A stretch of DNA of 40,962 nt from an uncultured Clostridia bacterium (GTDB taxonomy: Bacteria; Bacillota; Clostridia; Oscillospirales; Oscillospiraceae): contig CAMKEK010000001.1 of NCBI GenBank assembly GCA_946411545.1, positions 1 through 40,962 of the forward strand. The letters run 5' to 3'. Below are positions 24,297 to 29,729 of the stretch, piece by piece (positions within the stretch are counted from its first letter, which is position 1; every line of letters starts with the position of its first letter). The position numbers were made by a program, and so were the translations under genes. Under the pieces are notes generated by a model. It saw only the letters and a program-made list of their open reading frames with translations, searched no databases and was not told where the DNA came from.

Positions 24297-24685
24297 AGGA
24301 AGTCCTCCAGATCGAAGATCTTCGTCGCCTCCGCAGGGCCTTCTCCTGTAGGGGCCGGCGTCCTCGACGGCCCGTCCTCTTCGTTGACGTTCCCCTCTGT
24401 GATCTCCATCCGGAAGCGCACGTCCGCGCCCTTCCAGTAATACCGTACAGCTCGCTTGAAGGCCTCAAGGTCGCTGATGCTTCCGCCCACGCCCTTGGCC
24501 ACTGTCTTCATACATTCCTCAAAGCTCCGGCCCTCCAGAACCTTCCGGCAAAAGCGATCGCTTTGGCGGCAGAACTCCGTCAGCGCTGCCAGCACCGCCT
24601 CCTTCATGGCCTCTTCCTTCTGGCCGAACTTCCCGGCCCCGCATTCCCGCCGCAGCTTCTCAGCGGCTTCCTCACAGCTGCTCAC
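24293..24685 (-). CDS. PcfK-like protein
   Basis: Small acidic protein directly upstream of the PcfJ-like gene; central ECMKTVAKG...AFKRAVRYYW and a C-terminal IFDLEDFL tail; AAGGAGG plus GTG start. Confidence 0.55.
   Translation of the reverse strand: MSSCEEAAEKLRRECGAGKFGQKEEAMKEAVLAALTEFCRQSDRFCRKVLEGRSFEECMKTVAKGVGGSISDLEAFKRAVRYYWKGADVRFRMEITEGNVNEEDGPSRTPAPTGEGPAEATKIFDLEDFL
24348..24374 (-). repeat. family-1 hairpin element, subtype B, in frame in the PcfK-like gene (GPSRTPAPT)
   Basis: GTAGGGGCCGGCGTCCTCGACGGCCCG. Confidence 0.9.
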
Positions 24686-24696
24686 TGAATACCTCC

Positions 24697-24725
24697 TTGT
24701 TAAACTCCGCCCTGCATGCTATAAT
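24697..24725 (+). promoter_or_regulatory. near-consensus sigma-70-type promoter (TTGTTA-17-TGcTATAAT) on the plus strand
   Basis: -35 at 24697..24702; extended -10 with TG at 24717..24718; TATAAT at 24720..24725. Confidence 0.7.
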
Positions 24726-24731
24726 CAGCAC

Positions 24732-24804
24732 ACAGGGCCCTCATTCCCAACCCTGTACCTCTTTTCCGCTCCCGGATGTGAACGCATCCGGGGGCGGTTT
24801 TTTT
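24732..24804 (+). ncRNA. candidate ~73-nt small RNA (promoter plus terminator, no ORF)
   Basis: Begins about 7 nt after the TATAAT. Stem-loop ACAGGG-(CCCUCAUUCCCAA)-CCCUGU, then a CU-rich linker ACCUCUUUU, then a 13-bp terminator stem and U7. Confidence 0.55.
24766..24804 (+). terminator. strong intrinsic terminator on the plus strand
   Basis: ccgctcccggatg-tgaacg-catccgggggcgg followed by T7. Confidence 0.8.
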
Positions 24805-24822
24805 GCGCCCTTTTCCACGCAC

Positions 24823-25032
24823 TCACGGCCTCTTGCACCATGCCGGTCTCGGGATCCCTCTGGGCTTTCCCACGCTGCTCACCGCCACCGTCCGCCGCTT
24901 CCCGCTGGCGGGCTTGTCCGGATCCATACACACGGCCCGCTGCACGTCATAGCGGTTCACCGCCTCCTCATAAGCCAAAAAGCCGCACCCGTCGCACCTC
25001 GCTGCGCTGACTGATGAGGTGTCACTTCGCAT
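24823..25032 (-). CDS. small protein (69 aa), function unknown
   Basis: High third-position GC; GGGAGAG upstream; overlaps the end of the upstream gene. Confidence 0.45.
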   Translation of the reverse strand: MRSDTSSVSAARCDGCGFLAYEEAVNRYDVQRAVCMDPDKPASGKRRTVAVSSVGKPRGIPRPAWCKRP

Positions 25033-25747
25033 CCGCTCGCTCTCCCTTCCGTCGCTGTCCTCCCCGCTCCGTGTTCGGCGGCAGGCCTTCCTTCTCCCGC
25101 CAGCGCAGGATGGTCTCCTTGTGAGCGCCCACCCGCTCCGCGATCTGGCCGTCGTTCAGCCCCTCCATGTACAGCGCCATCGCCTTCTGATAGTCGATCC
25201 GCTTCAGCGCCTTGAACTGGTTGCTCACGATCCCCTTCCGGTTCCGCCAGTTCCAGACGGACTGCTCGCTGCAGCCCAGCGCCGCCGCGATCTCCTTGTC
25301 CGTCCGGCCCTGCTTGTAAAGCTCCTCGGCCTTGTCCCAGTCGTAAATCGGCTTCGGCTTCCGGTTCACCGGCAGCCCCTGCTTCCGCCGCCAGTCGCCC
25401 ACCACATATTCCGAAGCCTTCACCTCCCGGGCGATCTCCCGGTCATTCATTCCCGCCTGCCACAGCTTCTTCATCACTATGGGATCCGGCCCCCGCCTCT
25501 GAAAGCTCAGGGGCTTCGCCTTCCGCTTCCGTTTCTTCTTCCCGTCCCAGCGGTAGCAGGGGCAGTTCTCCGGCTCCAGCATCCGCTTGGCCGCCTTCGT
25601 CAGCCGGTTCACGCCCAGAAGGCGGTACACCGCGGCCACCCGGCTCTTCCCCGTCTCGGCCGCGTAATTGCACCCGTGGAAGGACAGAAACACATGCCGG
25701 CTCCGGTTGCAGTACAGGCAGTCCCGGCTGCATTTCCCCTCGTTCAT
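25022..25747 (-). CDS. DNA-binding protein with Cys-rich N-terminus and three tandem HTH repeats
   Basis: Three repeats of the pattern L(W/Y)xxG(M/R/L)xDxEIAxxxGxxxxxVxxWRxxxG. Confidence 0.6.
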   Translation of the reverse strand: MNEGKCSRDCLYCNRSRHVFLSFHGCNYAAETGKSRVAAVYRLLGVNRLTKAAKRMLEPENCPCYRWDGKKKRKRKAKPLSFQRRGPDPIVMKKLWQAGMNDREIAREVKASEYVVGDWRRKQGLPVNRKPKPIYDWDKAEELYKQGRTDKEIAAALGCSEQSVWNWRNRKGIVSNQFKALKRIDYQKAMALYMEGLNDGQIAERVGAHKETILRWREKEGLPPNTERGGQRRKGERADAK

Positions 25748-26088
25748 GCCGTCTCCGCCTCCCGCTGCGCATTGTCCTCTTGCCCCTCCCCGCGCCGGGG
25801 AGAGGTGTCACGAAGTGACGGAGAGGGGCCGTTCTTCCACTGCCGCAGCATCAGCAGCTCCCTGCACCGGTCCCAGCCCCGCAGGCTCATGCCCTCCAGC
25901 GGCGCCAGATCCCCGATGTGGATCATCACGAATTCCCGCACCGCCGCGTCGAATCCGTATCCCGCTCTCTCCAGGCAGCGCCCCAGCAGCTCCCATTCCT
26001 CCTCCAGGGGATAGCCGCACAGCGCGCTCGCCGCCATCACCAGCCGCTCCGCCTGGTCCATCTTCGTAAGCATTCCCACCGTTTTCAT
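25744..26088 (-). CDS. hypothetical protein (114 aa)
   Basis: AAAGGAGTACAGGGA upstream of the ATG; the C-terminal tail is encoded by a family-2 element. Confidence 0.55.
   Translation of the reverse strand: MKTVGMLTKMDQAERLVMAASALCGYPLEEEWELLGRCLERAGYGFDAAVREFVMIHIGDLAPLEGMSLRGWDRCRELLMLRQWKNGPSPSLRDTSPRRGEGQEDNAQREAETA
25784..25828 (-). repeat. family-2 element in the 3' end of the 114-aa gene
   Basis: cccctccccgcgccggggagaggtgtcacgaagtgacggagagggg. Confidence 0.55.
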
Positions 26089-26124
26089 TCCCTGTACTCC
26101 TTTCTGTTCTTTCCATTTCTGTCC

Positions 26125-26190
26125 GTAGGGGCCGGGCAGAGCCTGGAACGTCGCACGCTCCCCGCGCGTCGTGATGCCCTCGGCGGCCCG
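26125..26190 (-). repeat. family-1 element, long form (head and tail conserved, ~40-nt insert in the stem), intergenic
   Basis: GTAGGGGCCG...(insert)...ATGCCCTCGGCGGCCCG. Confidence 0.7.
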
Positions 26191-26205
26191 CCTGTTCTTC
26201 CCCCT

Positions 26206-26643
26206 CTAGCGTGTAGGGTGCACGGGAACCTGCACGAACTGCTCATCCCCGCTCCGCAGATATCCCTCGATCACTTCCGCCGCGTCCTGCCATCCCTGGC
26301 ATACCACCGCCCGGTAGCCCTGCCGCTCCAGACTCTCCAGCCAGTCCTTCTGGCTCTGGCTCACCCGGCCGCCGTCCATCCGCTTCATCTCGATGAACAG
26401 CCCGTGCCACGGTCCCCTGGGCGCCGGCAGGAACAGATCCGGCACCCCGGCCTTCACGCCCTCCATCTTGAAGCGTCCGGCCTCCGCCTTGCTCCGTCCG
26501 CCCCCGTTGGGGATGTGGAACAGCAGCCGCAGCTCCGGATACACAAAGCTCTTCATCTCGCACCAGTGAAACAGCGTGGCCTGCTCCTGTCCCTCCGTGG
26601 GCAGCAGCCGCCCGTCCTTCGGCATGTTGATCTTCTTCGGCAT
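26206..26643 (-). CDS. VRR-NUC domain nuclease
   Basis: LFHIPNGGGRSKAEAGRFKMEGVKAGVPDLFL...GLFIEMK...SQSQKDWLESLERQGYRAVVC. Confidence 0.8.
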   Translation of the reverse strand: MPKKINMPKDGRLLPTEGQEQATLFHWCEMKSFVYPELRLLFHIPNGGGRSKAEAGRFKMEGVKAGVPDLFLPAPRGPWHGLFIEMKRMDGGRVSQSQKDWLESLERQGYRAVVCQGWQDAAEVIEGYLRSGDEQFVQVPVHPTR

Positions 26644-26664
26644 TCCCTGTACTCCTTTCGTCCT

Positions 26665-26688
26665 CTAAGCACTAAGCACTAACAACTG
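26665..26688. repeat. heptad stop repeat (CTAAGCA CTAAGCA CTAACAA) with stops in all six frames
   Basis: TAA at 26666, 26673 and 26680 on the plus strand, and TAG x3 on the minus strand. Adjacent palindrome CTGCGGCCGCAG at 26686..26697. Confidence 0.85.
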
Positions 26689-26704
26689 CGGCCGCAGCCG
26701 CCTC

Positions 26705-26962
26705 TCATCCGCCCGCGTCCCGGATTACCAGCTTCGCCTCCAGCGACAGCGCCGCCAGGATCTTCTCCCGCGCCGCCGGGCTCCAGCTCAGCGGCGGCGT
26801 GTTGATCGTGTGCCGGATCGTGTCATAGCCCAGCCCCGTCTTCTCCGCCAGCTCCTTCTGGTCCATCCCCAGCTGCTTCATCCTGCACAGCACCAATCCC
26901 CAGGCCTCGTCCAGCGGCGGCGCCGTCTTCTTATACTTCTCGCCCAGCTTCGTCCTCGGCAT
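26705..26962 (-). CDS. small HTH DNA-binding protein (85 aa)
   Basis: AGGAGG 7 nt upstream of the ATG at 26962; GMDQKELAEKTGLGYDTIRHTIN. Confidence 0.6.
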   Translation of the reverse strand: MPRTKLGEKYKKTAPPLDEAWGLVLCRMKQLGMDQKELAEKTGLGYDTIRHTINTPPLSWSPAAREKILAALSLEAKLVIRDAGG

Positions 26963-26999
26963 TCCCGTACCTCCTTCCTTGCCTTGCTTCCTTCTCCTG

Positions 27000-27008
27000 T
27001 GATACAAT
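27000..27008 (+). promoter_or_regulatory. extended -10 promoter element TGATACAAT for the plus-strand gene at 27032
   Basis: TG-A-TACAAT, 24 nt upstream of the ATG; resembles the TGATACATT upstream of the repressor gene. Confidence 0.5.
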
Positions 27009-27031
27009 CGCTCCCGAAAGGAGTGATTGTC

Positions 27032-27505
27032 ATGGCGTCCTTCGATATGGATTCTGAAATCAATTTCCTGCTCCTGCAGTACGCAAACCGGCAGCACCGC
27101 TTTACGCTGAACGATCTCTGTGCCGCCCTGCCCCTCGATATGCTGGCCGTCCGTCAGCTGGCCCTGGAGCTTGCCCGGGAGCATTTGCTCCGCGTGGGCG
27201 ATGGTGCGAATTTCTCCTGCGCCATAACGCCAGAGGGCCGTCTGATGTTCCTACGCATGCAGGAGCACCGCGATCAGCAGACTCAGCAGAAGGCCGAACA
27301 GCGTGCCGACGAAGCTGAACGCCACCGTGCGCAGGCCGCACAGGCCGATCATCGTAGTCGCAAGCAGTTCCGCCATGATTACGCGGTAGCGGCCTTTGGC
27401 TCTCTCTGCGGGCTCATATTCGGTCTCCTGCTCGATTTCCTCACTTGCCGCGCGGGCCTGCTGGAGCAGCTCCTCCGCATACTCGACCATTGGATTGCGA
27501 AATAG
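27032..27505 (+). CDS. winged-helix-like protein embedded antisense in the early-left operon. Its 3' half overlaps the minus-strand gene 27251..27511
   Basis: AAAGGAG 8 nt upstream of the ATG. The N-terminal ~75 aa look protein-like (FTLNDLCAALPLDMLAVRQLALELAREHLLRV...ITPEGR). No stop codon occurs before 27505. Confidence 0.5.
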   Translation: MASFDMDSEINFLLLQYANRQHRFTLNDLCAALPLDMLAVRQLALELAREHLLRVGDGANFSCAITPEGRLMFLRMQEHRDQQTQQKAEQRADEAERHRAQAAQADHRSRKQFRHDYAVAAFGSLCGLIFGLLLDFLTCRAGLLEQLLRILDHWIAK

Positions 27506-27511
27506 CTTCAT
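27251..27511 (-). CDS. small tail-anchored membrane protein (86 aa)
   Basis: GGAAGGGGGTACGGGA upstream of the ATG at 27511; higher third-position GC than the antisense frame; hydrophobic C-terminus (ELLATTMIGLCGL...FGLLLSLLIAVLL). Confidence 0.55.
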   Translation of the reverse strand: MKLFRNPMVEYAEELLQQARAASEEIEQETEYEPAERAKGRYRVIMAELLATTMIGLCGLRTVAFSFVGTLFGLLLSLLIAVLLHA

Positions 27512-27594
27512 TCCCGTACCCCCTTCCTGAACACGCATCACGATTTGTCAAGGACAAATCGTGTTCACCCGTGTTGCTCTGCCTGCAGAGTAAC

Positions 27595-27825
27595 TTACTC
27601 GCATTTCTGCGAGTTCTCGTGTAAAAAAATATCGGTCGCCTGTGCCTTCGGAATAGACAAAACCTCAACGAGCTTATGCATCTGCCCAATGGAAAAGCTC
27701 AGCCCGTCGCACTTCATCTTGCGGATAAAGGTGCTATTGTCTACGCCGATCGCCCTGGCGACCGCTTCCTGTGTCATACCCCTGTCAGAAATGCTCTTCC
27801 GGAGTGCGTTCACATCAACCTGCAT
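27595..27825 (-). CDS. Cro-like HTH regulator (76 aa)
   Basis: AAAGGAG upstream of the ATG at 27825; GMTQEAVARAIGVDNSTFIRKMK; divergent from the repressor gene. Confidence 0.75.
   Translation of the reverse strand: MQVDVNALRKSISDRGMTQEAVARAIGVDNSTFIRKMKCDGLSFSIGQMHKLVEVLSIPKAQATDIFLHENSQKCE
27599..27612. promoter_or_regulatory. operator-like palindrome O4 (tcgcatttctgcga)
   Basis: Matches the TTGCA-N4-TGCAA family found in the switch region. Confidence 0.5.
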
Positions 27826-27841
27826 GGTTCTCTCTCCTTTC

Positions 27842-27855
27842 TCGCATTTTTGCAA
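27842..27855. promoter_or_regulatory. operator O3 (tcgcatttttgcaa)
   Basis: 14-bp palindrome just downstream of the leftward promoter. Confidence 0.65.
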
Positions 27856-27865
27856 GTTCGATTTT

Positions 27866-27894
27866 AAAATAGCATAGCCACTCCTATCTGTCAA
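27866..27894 (-). promoter_or_regulatory. leftward early promoter (TTGACA-17-TGcTATTTT)
   Basis: Minus-strand -35 TTGACA at 27889..27894 and -10 at 27866..27871 with an extended TG. Confidence 0.7.
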
Positions 27895-27902
27895 GAGTAA
27901 AA

Positions 27903-27916
27903 TTGCATTTTTGCGA
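27903..27916. promoter_or_regulatory. operator O2 (ttgcatttttgcga)
   Basis: 14-bp palindrome, 23 bp centre-to-centre from O1. Confidence 0.65.
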
Positions 27917-27925
27917 ATTTAATTA

Positions 27926-27939
27926 TTGCATTTTTGCAA
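27926..27939. promoter_or_regulatory. operator O1 (ttgcatttttgcaa), overlapping the -35 of the repressor promoter
   Basis: Perfect palindrome TTGCA-TTTT-TGCAA. Confidence 0.7.
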
Positions 27940-27954
27940 CATTCGTGATACATT
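27926..27954 (+). promoter_or_regulatory. repressor promoter (TTGCAT-17-TGaTACATT)
   Basis: -35 at 27926..27931 and -10 at 27949..27954 with an extended TG. Confidence 0.6.
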
Positions 27955-27971
27955 CAGTCTGAGGTGATTAT

Positions 27972-28595
27972 ATGACCACAGGAGATCGTATGAAATTGAG
28001 GCGAAAAGAGCTGGGCCTTTCCGCCGAATACGTTGCGGAGAAGCTTGGTGTTTCTCCTGCGACCATATACCGCTATGAAAAAGGTGATATAGAAAAAATG
28101 CCCGGCAACATACTCGCGCCGATCGCTCGGATTCTCAGTACCACGCCCGCCTATCTGATGGGCTGGGATACTGAGGACTCCCCCGCGCCGCCGCCCGGCT
28201 TCCAGGCCATGCCGGCCATGGCCGCTGCCACGCCCCTCATCGGGGACATCGCCTGCGGCACGCCCATCCTGGCGGAGGAGAACATCTCCCGCTATCTCCC
28301 CACGCCCCTCCACTGGCATGCCGACTTCGCCCTCCTCTGCCGCGGCGACTCCATGGCCCCCCGCATCCTGGACGGCGACCTGGTGGCCATCCGCAAGGTG
28401 CCCCAGGTGGAAAACGGTCAGATCGCCGCCGTTCGCATCGACGACGAGGCCACCCTCAAGCGCTGCTATCGCTATCCCGACCGGCTGGTCCTCCAGGCGG
28501 AGAACCCCGCCTACGAGCCCATCGTCCTCATCGGCCCGGAAATGTCCCGCGCCACCATAGAAGGCATAGCCGTCGGCTTCATGCGCAACCTCTGA
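27972..28595 (+). CDS. LexA/cI-type repressor (XRE HTH plus S24 peptidase domain)
   Basis: HTH LGLSAEYVAEKLGVSPATIYRYEKG; S24 motifs CRGDSMAP and ATLKR; GAGGTG RBS. Confidence 0.9.
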   Translation: MTTGDRMKLRRKELGLSAEYVAEKLGVSPATIYRYEKGDIEKMPGNILAPIARILSTTPAYLMGWDTEDSPAPPPGFQAMPAMAAATPLIGDIACGTPILAEENISRYLPTPLHWHADFALLCRGDSMAPRILDGDLVAIRKVPQVENGQIAAVRIDDEATLKRCYRYPDRLVLQAENPAYEPIVLIGPEMSRATIEGIAVGFMRNL

Positions 28596-28650
28596 TCTCC
28601 GCTCCCGCTCACGAGCATATTATTTTTAAGTAATTTCCTCCGGAAATTTC

Positions 28651-28680
28651 TTGACTTTTATTACTCTTTCATAATAATAT
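28651..28680 (+). promoter_or_regulatory. promoter TTGACT-18-TAATAT for the toxin-antitoxin operon
   Basis: -35 at 28651..28656 and -10 at 28675..28680. Confidence 0.55.
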
Positions 28681-28699
28681 GTCATTAGAGAGGAATGCT

Positions 28700-29107
28700 A
28701 TGAACAAGAAAGATGTTATGGCCCGCCTGTTGGCCCTCCTGAACAACATCTTATGCCATTCGGTTTTACTGGATGAATTGCTCCCGCTTGTCGCCGGGTC
28801 AGGCTTTGAAGCGAAATTTCTTGCGCTCTTCGTCTCCCGGCTTCAGAGTCTGGCTTCCTTGGGCATCCAGGCGACCGTGATGAGAGAGTTTGAGCCTCTT
28901 GGCGGTGGGCTCTACAGCATGCACCTGTCCGGCAAGGGCTTTAACATCCGCATCCTTTATGGCTTCCTGCCCAATGGGCAGCCTGCTCTTCTTCTCGCCT
29001 TCCATGAGAGAGCAGGGAAATCCAAAACAGATTATTCCACTCGTATACCAATTGCGCAGCTGCGGCTTGCTGAAATGAGAAAGGAATTTGATCATGAAAC
29101 AGAATAA
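28700..29107 (+). CDS. RelE/HigB-like toxin (phage Gp49-like family) with N-terminal extension
   Basis: FEPLGGGLYSMHLSGKGFNIRILYGFLPNGQPALLLAFHERAGKSKTDY; followed by an overlapping HTH gene. The ATG at 28700 has GAGAGG upstream, whereas the ATG at 28679 lies inside the -10 element. Confidence 0.6.
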   Translation: MNKKDVMARLLALLNNILCHSVLLDELLPLVAGSGFEAKFLALFVSRLQSLASLGIQATVMREFEPLGGGLYSMHLSGKGFNIRILYGFLPNGQPALLLAFHERAGKSKTDYSTRIPIAQLRLAEMRKEFDHETE

Positions 29108-29510
29108 CTTAGAGGCACTTCTCAGTGCGCTCTCTGACAGCTTAAGCACAGAAGAATTTCAGCTTTCTGTTCTTCAGGGTCAGATTGCCGCCGAGATAGC
29201 CATGCAGCGGCAGAAGCTTGGGCTGAGCCAGAAAGAGTTGGCTGCCAGGCTGGGCGTCACCCAGGGGCTCGTTTCCCGTTGGGAGAAAGGCGAAACAAAC
29301 TTCACGCTCTCCACGCTGGTTGAAATCTCCTCTGCCCTCGGCCTCAAAATGCAGTCCCCCATTGTTCCCTCTTCACCCATTCCTTATCCTGTCGGGAACA
29401 GCAATATAGTTCGCTTGAATTGCACCACTGGCTGGTCCACAAATGCATACAGACCTGATCCTCCGACGGCAACATCCACCGAGACGGAGCAGGAGCTGTT
29501 GGAAATGTAA
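29094..29510 (+). CDS. XRE-family HTH antitoxin (HigA-like)
   Basis: LGLSQKELAARLGVTQGLVSRWEKGETNFTLSTLVEISSALG; 14-nt overlap with the toxin gene. Confidence 0.65.
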   Translation: MKQNNLEALLSALSDSLSTEEFQLSVLQGQIAAEIAMQRQKLGLSQKELAARLGVTQGLVSRWEKGETNFTLSTLVEISSALGLKMQSPIVPSSPIPYPVGNSNIVRLNCTTGWSTNAYRPDPPTATSTETEQELLEM

Positions 29511-29522
29511 GGGAGGCTTCTT

Positions 29523-29729
29523 ATGTACATGTATTCCAATTCTTTCAGTTATTCAGCAAACCCCGGCGTTAACGAGTATCTGATTTCATTTGGCCAGCAG
29601 CACCCGGTTTACAACCCGGATGGAAGCATTAAAGAACTCACAACAGATCCCATTGCCGATATCGTCCTGACGAAGACCGGACTGGAAGCCTTAAAGATGC
29701 TTCTCAACGAAATCAAAACAGAACCATAA
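29523..29729 (+). CDS. small protein (68 aa), function unknown
   Basis: GGGAGG RBS; lies in the low-GC island upstream of the integrase gene. Confidence 0.45.
   Translation: MYMYSNSFSYSANPGVNEYLISFGQQHPVYNPDGSIKELTTDPIADIVLTKTGLEALKMLLNEIKTEP

Noticed and set aside
19377-26697. An AscI-like GGCGCGCC (19380..19387) and a NotI site GCGGCCGC (26689..26696) next to all-frame stop repeats and RBSs resemble synthetic cloning scars
   Set aside because: The 8-mers are parts of longer GC palindromes or terminator stems that vary between copies, as expected in GC-rich DNA. The surrounding genes are natively coupled (overlapping stops and starts), and no vector-like sequence is present.
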